Assembly (NCBI GenBank): GCA_051294905.1
Contig: CM119373.1
Location: 1,738,001-1,802,000, forward strand
Origin: Botryllus schlosseri
Lineage: Eukaryota
DNA: 64,000 nucleotides
Reading direction: 5' to 3'
Part shown: in pieces, positions 14,325 to 27,780 of the stretch
Position numbering within the stretch: position 1 is the stretch's first letter
Layout: each line of letters starts with the position of its first letter
The notes under the pieces: generated by a model
Told to the model about the DNA's origin: nothing
The model's database searches: none
Seen by the model: the letters and a program-made list of their open reading frames with translations, nothing else
Program-made: the position numbers and the translations under genes

Positions 14325-16264
14325 GTGCGTCATCATGAACAATACGCAATATCCAAGAAGACATGTCCCCAACGATTCGGAATTTGTCGTCATCCTACTT
14401 CGAATCAAAAACGATGCAGCAGAAAATTGTTCACCATTTAATCTTTCGTTTACCAATACTCGTCGGAGGTAATTCGAATATTGCAGACGTTTAGTATTTT
14501 GCAACACAGACAACCTTGTATACTTCTGAAATGATTCACGACGCGACAACGTAGATATTATAAATATAGGAATATTCAGGACAGAAATCTAGCCGACGCG
14601 AATGTGAGAGTGAGAAAAATCGTTTTTCATGATGCGGTTCCATGCACCTGTTGTCATGGCTTGGAATGTGGGAATTCCAGAAACGTTTGGGCTGGTGAAA
14701 ATACTTTGCAGCTTTAGTATGGCGTCCTGATCTACTGCGACGTAATTGGCAGAAAAACGGCCAAGGTAAAATTTAGGATTTTGGGCCAAAAATTGCGCAC
14801 ATTTTCATACTTTTAGGTTGCTTATAAGCAGAGAGCTATGTCGATCAATGATTGTCTAATTGGGAGGTCAAGAAATAACAGCATGCACCATAGTGACTTA
14901 TATCAATTGGCCCATAGCATGATGTATCAATATGTATTACTTGCCCTCAGTTTTCGAACATACCCCTTGATCAACTCTGCCGGCGAATGCGATCACATGG
15001 GCTGAGAAAGGATTAATGTTTGATAGGAATACGTGAAATTATTAAGTTTAATTACGAAATTCATGAGTGAATCTGAAAGTTTCTCGCACTACGCGCGATC
15101 ATATAACCGTTCCCATAACATGACCACTCGCGATTTCGGTGCGTGTAGTAACCGGATATGAGTTAATAGATAAGGTTGGAGTTCACCGGAAATGGACATG
15201 GACACTTGGACAGCTTAAAATCGGTACTTGGCGTTAATCTAGTTCATCGCGACTATGCCATCCAATGTGGCCGCATGATTAATCGGAATGAGGCCGTGAA
15301 TAGCAAACAAGTTTGCCACTCCTGATTTACACCTTAGAAATGATTTCACACGTGCACTCACAATCAAAATCATTCAAAATTTTTCATCCCGTTTTAGAAG
15401 CATATACAATCTGCCAGCGACGTCAATACTAGTTGACAATATGTAACAGTATTTTAATATTCAGTAATATGTATTGTGCTGCATCCGGTATATATTGCGA
15501 TCGGTATCTTTCATTACGTGTAGCTATATCTCTAGTCGCAAAACCATGTATTCCATGGAGCCCATTGTAATATGCCATCATGTAGCAGAGTTTATGTATG
15601 CGCTGTTAACGAAACGACCGGCGGACGGTCCACCGATCAAGGATAATCCCAGAATTATCAAAAGAAAACTGAAATAACTCCACTTCTATGGTTTGGAATT
15701 GAGTCAAATTTGTTTTGCATCATTTTTGAAGACAGCGCAAAAATTTCATGGGGTTGGCAAAAAAATTTGAAAAAATATTTTTGTTGCATTTTTGGGCAAA
15801 TCCAAAATTTTCAAACTGTACGAAATCCGCGAATATTGGTTGGAATGAATTCAAATTTGGTGTGCGTCGTTTTTAAGGCAACCTAACGATTTAATCACGT
15901 AGCCAGCTAGATTCAGGAAAAAAGGTTCTTTTTGAACCGCGCTAATATACATCCATGGCACACGAAACCAGAACCCACCATAGACTTATATCGCGTTATA
16001 AATCGAGCACAAGATTTTTATCCAAATTTTGCATGCACGTAGGTGCGTAGGATTTATGACCGCTATATAATTCTGAGTTAGGTCCTGTTTTCGTCTACCA
16101 CCCTTTTCGCCCTATGGGTGTGAATACACACTGTTTTCGCTAAAAGTGCACTTGAATAAGACACACAGTTTACTCGCAAAACGCATAGTATATCATGCAT
16201 ATCAGAAGAAATTTTTATAGTCTACCTGCTGTAAAGCAAAATATACGAAAGAACAGTGCATTGA

Positions 16265-16705
16265 TTATTATTATTATTAATAATAATATACTTAAAAGCA
16301 GTTTTTGTGACGCATATTAGAAGAGACTCTTTGGGGTACAGAAATTTAATATACATTTTAATAATATATTCATTGTAAAATATATTAAAACCCGAACCTT
16401 TTCGAGTTGACACTCTTCAAGGACAATCGTCAGCAAATGGAGAATTTCAAAAACATGCATACAGCTGAATTGCATACAACCAATTATGACGTCATAGAAA
16501 AAAACAGCATGAAATACAAGCAAACCACGAGCGCAGCTAGTGGCCAATTTTTAGGTTGACTAAAAATTCCTTCTGCTGACACAAGCGGGGTCGGTGGATT
16601 TTAATATAAGTTGATTCCAGTGCAGACAGATGGAAATTAGTGCGTCCTCTACCTAATATAGAGAAACTTTCATCGCGATTGTTTTTAGCGCAAGTTGCAT
16701 TGCAA
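16265..16705 (-). mobile_element. Penelope-like element GIY-YIG C-terminus and 3' end
   Basis: FSILGRGRTNFHLSALESTYIKIHRPRLCQQKEF followed by non-coding sequence and an (ATT/AAT)n tail; separated from the RT fragment by a MITE remnant (~16706-17085). Confidence 0.7.
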
Positions 16706-17089
16706 ATTTGGTTCAATTCCAACCGGTGGAAGCGGAGTTATTGCCGCCGAAAAATTCGGATTTGAATAAAATAGTATTTACGGTGACCGATTCTTTGTTT
16801 GTGTTCGACGGCAATAACTCCGCTTCCACTGGTTGGAATGGAACCAAATTTGGTGAGCATCGTTTCTATAGACAGCCTAACACATTCATGGGGTGAACAG
16901 AAAATTTTCCAAATTTTTCAATATTTACTTTTATATAATTAATAGAAACTTTTTTTTACTGTAGCAAAGCGGTTACTGGCTGGAATTTGACCAAATTTTG
17001 TGTGTAGGCTAAAATTAGGTAACCTAACAATTTTATCAAGTAGCCAGTACGATTTGAGAAAAAAGTCATTTTTGAAGAGCCCTAATGTA

Positions 17090-17500
17090 TATATACATTC
17101 TCCCCAGACCGTTTGTTCGTGTTTTGTGATTTGTAGGGATTGAAATTACTGAGTTTTCTGTCCACAGAACTCTTGATGAGCGCGAATGTAAACGGATCAG
17201 CGACACAATGCGAATCATACATGGAACGCACTGGTTCCAAAATACCGATAAGCCACTTCGGGAGCTTGTGCTGAGCTGATCCAATCATAGAAAGAATTGG
17301 TCGAAGGGGCCGCTGGTTTTATGAGATTTTGTCAGTCCGTACATACGTGGCCTCTGTGCCCCGACCGGTCTGATGGAGGCGTAGACCTCAGGTGTTATGG
17401 AGCCCTTTTTCTCGAGGCTGAATAGTCGGCGCTGTATCCGTCTTTCGATCTTAGCGATGTTATCGAATTCAGCAGCGGGACCAACAACAACGGCAACGAC
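17090..17500 (-). mobile_element. Penelope-like element RT fragment (frameshifted)
   Basis: PVGAQRPRMYGLTKSHK..P / ILSMIGSAQHKLPKWLIGILEPV, the N-terminal region of Penelope RT. Confidence 0.8.
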
Positions 17501-17566
17501 GGTCATTTGCGTCACGACTTAACACTTGCCAATCGAATCGATATTTCGATAAGTAAATACAGTCAA

Positions 17567-18240
17567 CTAAACATTTAGTACTGTCTCTTGGTCTTCGCAA
17601 TGAATTCTCACAGGAAAGATAATATATAATCGGTAGTTAATATACTTTTCATGGTCCAGTACGGCAGCTGTAAACTGGCCTCTTTCGTTGGCGTACTTCG
17701 CACACTCGATAATAACGTGCTCTGCAGTTCCTGGAACATGCCATGTGGTAAAATCAGGGGTATCGGAGCATCCAATTTTGCTCAGATGGGAGTTGAGACG
17801 ACAGTGTCTGGTTCGCAATCTGAAAATGGTGGTTTCGGCGCGGTGTGGCGTAGTTGAACGTTTCGTGTAGATGTCAGGGCAGAAATGCTTGAATTGTGCT
17901 CCAGCGGTGGTTTCGATGAAACGTTGGTTCCCGTCTTGTCTACAGTGACTCAAAATCAATAAGTTGGCCTCGCTAGAAGTAATGTATACACTTTGGTCAA
18001 CGAAGTCATGTACCGCAGCCTCTTTCGCAAGTCGGTCAGCGACTTCATTCCCTTTAATACCACAGTGTTCTGGAATCCATATAACAGAAATATCGTTATG
18101 GCTTTCATGCAACAGATGGTGACTCAGTTATAATATTTGATTGGTAATAAAGTTATTTTCACCAAGATGGTTATTGGTTTTTTAACGACAGCAATGCATT
18201 CAAAGAGTCACTCCGGATAGCATTTCGTTCGATGGAATTT
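17567..18240 (-). mobile_element. Non-LTR retrotransposon fragment (I-group; RNase H plus degenerate CCHC finger)
   Basis: DSLNALLSL...ISVIWIPEHCGIKGNEVADRLAKEAA...IFRLRTRHCRLNSHL...TAEHVIIECAKY. Confidence 0.85.
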
Positions 18241-18627
18241 TCTTAAATAAATCCATATCACTCACAAAACGCGCAATATATCATGCATATGAGAAATCAT
18301 TGTATACTCTACCAGTTTCAAAGCAAAATATACGAAAGAACAGTGCATTGATTGATTCGATATACGTGTAATTACATTGCTTTGTTGCGCCGATAGCAGA
18401 CGATATATATAAACATAAGACCTTGGTAGCTTTCACACTTTATTTAACGTCCATTTGCGAATGATTATAACTTTATTAGTTACACGGGCTCTCGGAGCGC
18501 CGCTACTTCATCACCTACCTTCGTACCTATCTATCAAGCTACCAATGTCTTAAGTTTGTAATTACTTTGTGAGTCGAAAAAAACAAAAGGCCACTGCAAT
18601 GTGATCGATTGTCGCTTAATTACGGAT

Positions 18628-18870
18628 GAGAAAGTGTAGTGGGTACGGTAAGCGCCCACCAATTCGACGAACCGGGTTCGATTCCTATCGGAGGTTTATC
18701 TGGGCTCCTCTTCCCCCGCCGTAGCCGTTCTTACGGCGGCATAAAGCACTGTAAAAGACCCCACGAAAGATAGCACTCTCAAGGAATGGAAAGAACGAGT
18801 AGAAATGGCCCGCGGCTTCATAAAATGATCAAACACCGACACCATCGCATTGTGTCTTATCGCATTGTAC
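18628..18870 (+). mobile_element. tRNA-derived SINE
   Basis: A-box-like gtgtagtgg, B-box ggttcgattcc, core 'gggctcctc'. Confidence 0.65.
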
Positions 18871-19099
18871 ATTGTGTGTGACTTGTTCAGATGAAAAATA
18901 TAATTCAACCATGTTATGTTATGCTACACTCAAATTTTATTTCTTTGGCGATAAATCGGTGTTTGTCCAAATAGTACCCACCGTAAGAACTATTCGGCAC
19001 TATTACTCGCGAATTTTTTTCATTCCATCATCGAATCCACAAATTTCTTTATAATATGAGATTCGATAATTATTTACTTATGCGTGTGCGAGTGTAGAC

Positions 19100-20678
19100 C
19101 AGGGGTTGGCAACCTTTTGCTAGTCGCGGGCCAAATTTCGGGTGTACAACCTTTCGGCGGGCCGGATTTTTTCTTAGTACTATATTTTACGCTCACTTCG
19201 GTATATTATCCTACATTGCTGCAATCTCAATCATACCAATCCGAAGACACATGTATTTACACTTCAACGACACAGAATAATTGTGACAATTGACGCAGCT
19301 TGCTTAGTGAAAGGTTTTGGTAACAAGTCAGATGAAACAAGAATCAGACCCTATTCAAAATGGACGTCCGAAATACGTGATCTTAGCTTGCTCTTCGTGA
19401 ATTTCATTGTTCAAAACTATTGTTGACATGCGTACGTGCTTTCAAAAATCGATGCAATTTTTTTGCATTGCTGGTCAAGCTGGGATAAAGACCAATTTCA
19501 AGAACGTAGCCTACTCTTTGTCAAAGTCATGCAGCGATATGCTCTTTGCATGAAATTTGTCATTCAATTCAACTGCATCGCATTTCAGAAAGGCCCATTT
19601 GAAATTTTCAGGCAATATAATTGGCGTCCATATTAAACAGAGTACTGAATAGTCAGAATTCATTTTGTAGACAAGGAATGTCGAAGAAGCGGGTGAATAT
19701 TCAGTAGTTAAATTTCGTATCACAATTACAAATGCAGTGTTGGTACTAGGTTTTCTCTCCTCCAGTATAGAAAAGTGAGCATAATTTTCGTTGTACTGTT
19801 GACATTTCCAGAGTCACAGATTTGTTTTGAATGCGCCTCAACATCTCATGTATGTAGTTGTTTTCCCCCTGAAGTTGCAAGTTTAATTTGTTCAGATGTG
19901 ACGTTAAATGTACCAGGAAAGGAAGATGAGATACCCATTTTCGATTACAAGATTATGAGTCGGCGATATTTGTATCTTCGAGGAAAGTTGCTATTTCATT
20001 TCGCAGATCATACTCTCGTGTAAGCATAGCTGCTCGACTCAATGAGCGAACATGACAGATATAGGCCTACATGACATCGCCATATTGATTCTCTGCATCT
20101 AGTAATATCTGGCGTAACTGATACAGTTGATGAGACAAAAATCAGATTTAACAGTTTTCACATCGTGGCCAAAACACTATTCAGGTTTTTTGTCTTGGCA
20201 CACAATGCCTTCTGGAAAATCAAACTATAGACAGGCTAACTAACATACGGAGGCTAGTTATCTATAATTGAATAATTTGAGATTCCGTCATTGCGTCTGA
20301 GATGCTCCAAGCGCTTTTGAAGCTAAGGAAGAACACCTTTATTGTCACACCCCGTTAGAGGGATCAGCCCTTTAAAAAGGAAGAAACACCTTCGGTTGCG
20401 AGATACACCCGATTGATAAGCACTGATCCAGTCTAGTCTATCTCCATCTCCTACTTCAACCACCTTCGTTTTATGGCGTAACAATAGACCAATACGATGT
20501 AGGCTACTATTATATCGTAGCAATGCCGCATTTTTTCATGCAGCGCTGCACTGCAGATTGAAACTCATTATGAAGCCGCGGGCCGTATTCTTGTGATAAC
20601 TAATTATCATGTCGCGGGCCGGACGATTTCGCTTGGCGGGCCGGATCCGGCCCGCGGGCCGTAGGTTGCCGACCCTTG
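19100..20678 (-). mobile_element. Internally deleted hAT-Charlie/SPIN-Buster-like transposon
   Basis: TIR CAGGGGTTGGCAACCT/AGGTTGCCGACCCTTG, TSD GTGTAGAC, GCGGGCCG subterminal motifs; minus strand ~19300-19450 reads FESTYACQQ*F*TMKFTKSKLRSRISD, a hAT dimerisation-domain remnant. Confidence 0.88.
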
Positions 20679-23664
20679 GTGTAGACTGTAGAGTTTTTTT
20701 TAGCATTATGCCAAAATAATTTTCAAAATGTGTGCCGAAGTTTCATCTCCAGTATTTTTGAATGGGCAACACAACGTTTTCAGGAATCTCGACGAAACCA
20801 CAAAATCATTGTACTTGTACGTACATACATACATGGCTTACTTGCCGATGCATGCCTTATGCTCGCTACAGGCACACAAACGTTTAGAGCGGATCCTGAT
20901 ATAAATATGCAGCGGCATATAATTGAATACTTATCTATCGGAATTGTATACTATATTGTTCCACATAATTCCTTCGTCAATAATTCAACTGTATGAAGTC
21001 TATCCGCGAGCAGTATAACTAACCCTTCCCTTCATCAATAGCTTATCTTAAATTGATATTTGAGCAAACTTCAAGTCAAGAGTATGGATGTGCAAACCGG
21101 AATTTATTAGCTACGAAATTCTATATCCGAAAAGATATAAAGCAGATCGATATTGATCGAATGAACCCTAGCAATTTTGATCTGATGTCGGTTCATCGAA
21201 CCTGAACACTGATGAAAGTGCAATTCTTCAAAAAATATTACAAACCATAACGTATTCTTTATTGCAGTCTTAACATAGAGGTACCCTATATAAATAGGTT
21301 GATGTAGCAATTATACAAATCATTTACTATGTCAAAACAATAACACACGGTGTCGACCGATACTGATATCTTGATATCTAATATAATGAAAATCGATACC
21401 ACTACGAATAATATTAATAAAATTTCACCTCCTCCAGCTTCAGAAACTGCTCATCTTCGACAGTACAATACTCCCGGTGCCTATTATATGACGTGGCAGC
21501 TATTGCGAAATCCACTGCTACAACACCTATGGGTTGCTGGTTCTAGTCTGACCGATTTCTACTCTAGAATTCCTACCTAGATGTTTCAGGTTAATCTAGG
21601 CTCCTCCTCGCCATCTTATCCACATAACAGACTTGTAAAACTAGATAATTCTAGTTGTCTAATATCACTAAATTAGAGAGAAATGCCAGTAATCCAATTT
21701 GTAAATTATTCCTATGCTCTAATTTCAATTTTAATCTAATTTATTGTAGTCCTGAAAATGCCTTTTTGACCGCGGCGTGTTACACCGTGTCCCTCTTGCA
21801 CAGGGAAAACAGAGCCAAGCCGCTATCGCATTACTTACACCGTACAGAAATAGTAGTTATTGTGCGACGAATAATAGCCATACTGGCATAGCAGTTTGAT
21901 TGTTGGTTTTATTGAACAATTGTGACGCTTATCCCCTAATCAAGTTATTTGCGCCATGATAATGAATGTTGCAATGTTCATTGATCTTTGCCTTTGGAAA
22001 CTCTTTTCGGACTACTTCCAGTCACGCGTCCATTCATCATCGATATGTATCTCGTTTGTATCCGTCCTCGTCAGTGTCCTTTGTTGACGATTTTAGAAGC
22101 TCGACTTCAATTGATCAATTTGGGGTTTTCGTACGGTACTGCATACGCAGTGTGGTCAGCTACAAATGATTTGATATTGGGGCTAGACAGACATGTTGCT
22201 AGGTGAAAGACTATCTATCTCATCCTAAAGATTGATTGTGGGGACGCCCAGGGCCGTTTTCTAAGCGTCTCGGTTTTGGGCTTGGCGGTGTTGGGTCCAT
22301 TGTACGTCATGGCAATATGCCTATTCATATTCATATTAGCTGACTCTCCATCGATGCAATGCTGTTGCCATCGTTGAAGCCATTTCCGCTATAGCGAGGA
22401 ATAATAGTGTTGTCGCGCACAGACGAATAGGTTTATTTCAAACAGCAACAACAATAATTTGAAATTGAAATCAATTTTCGCATTTCAAAATACTTTATTC
22501 GCATTCTTTCAAATTCACAGATCAGATCGCCACCCTCAACATGCAGCCTCACGGGCCACGTGTTGATGACCCCTGGTATAGTGCAAAATGAGCAAAGCTT
22601 GATATACAGACGCTAACCAATCTCTTTGTTATGAGACTCCACTGTGATTGGATATGAACTGGACTTTTTTGCTGCATTTAACATTCAGAATTTCATTCAA
22701 TTTCAAAGTTTTTCCGAATTCAGTAGCCAAATTCTGATGCTAATTCTATTCTAATTTCGAAAAAAGCCGTATATAATTCGGAAAAGCTAAAAAATTCTTA
22801 GTTGTCCAAGTCTGCCGCGTAAATGGTGTCTCATAAAAGCATGAGTGGACCGTGCAGCAAGTCAGCAGCTATGGAATTTAAATGAAGCACATTGGCCTGG
22901 TGTAAATCACCATAGTATTTGACAAACCTTATGAATACCTCAAATCAAACAAAGAAACGACTAAAAAGGGAGCATAGAAATGCGTCAACTTATATCGTCG
23001 TTAGTGTCACTGATTTAGCGCTCCATAACTGTACTCAACAGGCAAATCATCGCATTTGGCCAATTCCATTGTTCGCGAATAAAGTCGTTGCTAGAATAAA
23101 AACACTATGATCCGTGATATGATTTAATGTACTATTATGTATATATGATTGATAATAAAGTATTCAAGTGAAAAGTAAGGACAGGTGGCAAAATTTTGAA
23201 CAGAGTTGACTGATAGTCCGGCCAGTGACAGATTTGAAGGTTTGAATCCGACCCGCGTCGCCATTTGAGTTTGAAAACCCTGCTCTAAGCTGAATCGCCA
23301 TGACCAGATAGCATACTTGTATGATCCACGGCTGCAACACCAATTGGTTGCGGGTTCGAGTCTGACCGAGGTCGACTCCAGAATTCCCAGCCAAGTTTTA
23401 GAGGTGCTGGGCTCCTATTCTTGCGGTTTCTTAAAAAAAGCCTAGAAGTGGACCGTGCTATGAGTGCTCTCAATATTGCAGGCCCCGAGTATTTTCTGCA
23501 CAACGATAAATGTATATTTTTAAAATTAAATGCCTAGTGGCTTTGCATTCAGGACAGTTAGTTTTACATCCAATCGAAATTCAAATCATTGGTAAAACAA
23601 AGTATATATTGCACGACATTAAAAGCTGGTGATTTTGTCTATTATAACATTTGAGATTCTATAT

Positions 23665-24851
23665 CAGAAGTCTCAAACTCAAATGTGCTCGCGGGCCAAT
23701 TTTCCAGTTTTGACGACGCCGCAGGCCGCAGCATCAACAGGGGTATTCCATGTCTTTCAATGTAGGCCGTGTTTGACAGGATGAAATTGTCGTATTGAAA
23801 GTGAGCCAATCCAACAGGCTGACATTCAACACTCATCACGAAAATGGGATTTACTCTTGTATCAATTTAGGCCTGGCATGAAAAAAAATTATCACATTTA
23901 TAACTATTTGAATAGAAGTGTTGTTGTATCTGATGTATATTAATTATAAGATATAGACGCCATGTGAGAGGACAATTATATAATGTTATCGTAAAAGCTA
24001 TCACGTTATAATTTTGCAGCTACTGTGAATATTTTGAATTTAACAGATTGATAATAGAGATTGATCTGCTATCACAGCATTTGGGGTTTAGCAGTATAGC
24101 CCAATCCAGGATCCGGGTATCCTCCTGATGAGCTCATGGTCAAATACTTTCGAATATTGGAGTAGAAAAATAACAATATAATATATTAATGAAAGTGTCA
24201 TAGTTATAGAAATATCGGCGCCAAACAACATCGTTACATCGTTGGAGCGTACCACTATGGTTTACTCGGTACCTTCAAGTGGCATTAATAACATGGTTTA
24301 GCGACCCAAGATGTAACTAACAGATTGCAAATGGTTGCCATAACTAATTGCTTAGTTAGCGAAATGCCAAGCTGCAACCTTCTGATCTATTACTATTCTC
24401 ATGACACGCCAATAGTTTGTTGCGTCTATGGCTCTAACCAATTCACGGATTTCCGAGTCCATCCGAATCCACTCCGGTCATTTTCATTTTGCCATCGAGT
24501 CAGCCCGAGTCTTAGTACTTCTAATAAAGGTCGCGTCCAAGTCTAACTCAAAAATTTCAGTCACGAATCGTCCAAGCATAGTGCTGTAAACTACTATCGT
24601 CTAAGGGTCAGGGTTTATCATCATCATCATGAATTGGAAATGTTCCGAAATAGGGAATCTCTACTGCATGGTCACGGATAGTGAAGTTGGATGAATAGTT
24701 TTAGGCTATCGGAGCAATTTAAGAAGGAATTTGCCCTTTACAACTTGAAAAGATATAAGTGGCACTTATATGTTGTAAAATTAATGAAAATCTGAAACGT
24801 CGTCGCGGGCCGCACGAAATGCTCTGGCGGGCCGCGTGTTTGAGACCTCTG
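23665..24851. mobile_element. hAT-type non-autonomous element
   Basis: TIR CAGAAGTCTCAAAC/GTTTGAGACCTCTG, TSD TTCTATAT; empty site 'gagattctatatagttgc' at ~13506, ~35557 and ~59072. Confidence 0.88.
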
Positions 24852-25430
24852 TTCTATATAGTTGCTAAGTGACGTAAAGACCGAGTGACTCATTTCGATT
24901 TCCCAAAAGTGTTTATGGGTACTGGCTGAGTGCCGTACAAACCTTAATACTGTCGTTATCAAGTGATCACTAGTAAATTAGTAATCATAAAAACTACATA
25001 AAGGTATGCTTTAAAGCTGCCAAACACAGTAGACCTGCCGTCTCCGTGGATTCAATCGGACAGATTTACATGCCGATATATTAGTGGCGACAACTTTTTG
25101 AAAGATGCAGAGATTGTTATCATCCCAGTGAATAGAATTCTACGTCGAAATCGGCCCCATATATTTGTTACTCAGAAGACAGAGTTTCCAAATAATGTCA
25201 GGGAACTAGCTCGTAGATAATTTTACAAATATCTATGGAACATTAAACGATTCGAGGATCAATTCTCGATTCGTTTCACAATTGCAATATTATTTCACTT
25301 GAAATGATGGCGAAGCAATCGTCTCACAGTAATGTAATACTAATAGTCTTTTACAGTTTACTGACAGAAAATTCGATTTCATTTTCGAAGCCTAATAAAA
25401 GTAATGTTATACGAGATTTTATCATTTTAG

Positions 25431-25598
25431 TTGCAAAAGCTCAATATCATCGACAGCTCAATGAATGAAGATGGATATGAAATACTCGTTCACATTATGA
25501 AGCTGTCAGATTGCAAGGAATTGGTGCTCCAAAATTGTTGTCTCACCAAGACTAAGTTGCAAGGAGTATTGAACGGATGTCGGGATCAAAATATACAG
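25431..25598 (+). CDS. LRR exon copy 2
   Basis: ttttag|...|gtgcgt, 168 bp, LQKLNIIDSSMNEDGYEILVHIMKLSDCKELVLQNCCLTKTKLQGVLNGCRDQNIQ. Confidence 0.8.
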
Positions 25599-25745
25599 GT
25601 GCGTCATCATGAACAATCCGTAATATCCAAGAGGACACGCCCCAAAGGATTCAGAATTGTTCGTCATCCTACTTTGCCTCAAAAACCATGCAGCATAAAA
25701 TCGTTCAGAATTTATTCTATCGTTTACCAATACTCGTCGGAGGTA

Positions 25746-25980
25746 TTGTATTGTATTGATAAGATACGACAGTGGTGCTTATAGCCTTATGAGGCTTATA
25801 TAATGGCAATTTCAACAGTTCAATGCATTTTTCTTGGCGACTTTTCTTGTTCTGTCTTCCACGAATCATTCTCTCTCTTCCGTACGCATTCATTAATCGG
25901 ATCTTTGCTGCCGACTTTCCAGCTCGGCTCACAGTACTTTCTGGGCTTTTTCGGTCACTGCAATCGTACTGAGGTCGGCG
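25746..25980 (-). mobile_element. 5'-truncated LINE/SINE 3' end with (CAATA)n tail
   Basis: Flanked by a ~12-bp TSD actcgt(c/t)ggagg; absent from other unit copies; shares the 'cagtggtgctt..gcctt..aggc' 3' motif with 48300-48600 and 62710-63010. Confidence 0.7.
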
Positions 25981-26738
25981 ACTCGTTGGAGGGTATTCGA
26001 ATATTGAACGCGTTTAGTATTTTGAAACACTGAGAACCTTATATATATTTTTAAAATTGGTAACGGCGCGACAATGTAGATATTATCAATATAGGAATAT
26101 TGAGGACAGAAATCTAGCCGACGAGTCTAAAAGAGTGAGAAAAATAGTTCCAGTGTTTGTTGATACGGTTCCATGCACCTGTTGTCATGGCTTGGAATTC
26201 GGGAATTCCAGAAACATTGTGGCTGGTGGAAATGCAGAAAGTAATGTGCAGTTTTGGTATGTAGTCCCTGATCTACTGCGACGTAATCGGCAGAATAGGG
26301 CCAAGGTTAAATTTAGGATTTTTGGCCTAAAATTGAGCACATTTTCATACTTTTAGGTTGCTTATAAATTAGGGTGGAGAGAGCTATGTCGATCAATGAT
26401 TGTCTTATTGGGAGGTCAAGAAATAACAGCATGCAATAAAGTGACTAATAACAATTGGCCCACAGCATGATGCATCTTTGTATATAACTTGCCCTCAGTT
26501 TTCGAAGATACCCCTTAGTCAACTCTACCGGTGAATGGGGTCACATTGGCTGAGAAAGGATTCATGCTTGATAGGAATATGTGAAACTATTAAAATTAAT
26601 GACGAAATTCATTATTGAATCTGAACAGCTTCTTGGAGGTACATAACTTCAATATACAATTGAATAGTATATTCATATTGCAATGAACCCGAATATTTTC
26701 GGCTGACACTCGTCAGGGGTAATCGTCAGCAACTAGTA

Positions 26739-27780
26739 TAGGGTTGCCATATTTTTGTGAAGCGAATTCCGGACACTCTTCAGCGCCCACTAGCGGATTT
26801 TAAAACGAGGTGTCACACATTGACCGTCAATATGACGTCACACTAGCAAAGCATTGCCCATCGACTGTATACCCTATATAGGAATGAAGTGGAACATAGG
26901 TCATGAATTGGGTCATCTGTAATGTGAGCTCTGGTGATTGCTACTTGCTAGGGTTTGCAATAGATTACTCCACGGGCCGGATGAAATCATCTGACGGGCC
27001 CTGCTATACAGTTAGGTCGGTACGGCTATCTGTTTATGTGTTTTAATCAGGTCCGGAACAACATTCCCCCCCTTCCGCCCAAAAAGCACTGATCTTGGGC
27101 CCACCATAGGGTAGTCGCTGTAAGTTGCTGGCCACTTACTATATGAATTTGGTCAATAATATTGATTCTTCGATATATTAGGCTACTATAAAATGCACCA
27201 GCAGGTTGTACATCCGGTGATTTCCAACCTTTTATGCTCGCGACCTCATTTCCCACTTGAAAATGTTCCGGGGCAAAGCTCGAAACTTGATAAGCTGATT
27301 ACTAAAAAAAATCCGCTTGCCCAAACTTACTCACGGCCTAGGAAGCTGATTACGGCCAACATCATCGCGATCACCAGATAAAGGCGGACGACCCCAAGAT
27401 TTGAAACCACTATCTGGGATTGAAGCATCCAATCGGCCTTAACCAACTCTAGGAATATACCGTTAGCTTATAATTGCGCTTACAACCAGACTTATTTCAG
27501 TAGATGATGGTTATTTATATTTATTTTGATTGCATTTTTGGCGAGGGTGGTGCCTAGAGCCCATACTAATATCATACGTTGCATTAACTCGCGCGCGGCG
27601 CGAAGAACAATTTTGAACAGCATAAATCTGCTTGAAAATAATATTGTTTATGTTGATTTACGAAAATCTTTTGAGCCTGTTTCAAGCCTTCAAAATTCCG
27701 GAGATTTAGGCATATTTTAGAAATTCCTCCCGGACGCAGATTTTTCAGTGAAATTCCGGACATGTCCGGGAAATTCCGGA
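26739..27780. mobile_element. hAT (Blackjack-like TAGGGTTGCCA) element with right TIR deleted
   Basis: Starts TAGGGTTGCCAT, CCGG-rich subterminal repeats, flanked by (a)actagta; empty site at ~50120. Confidence 0.7.
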
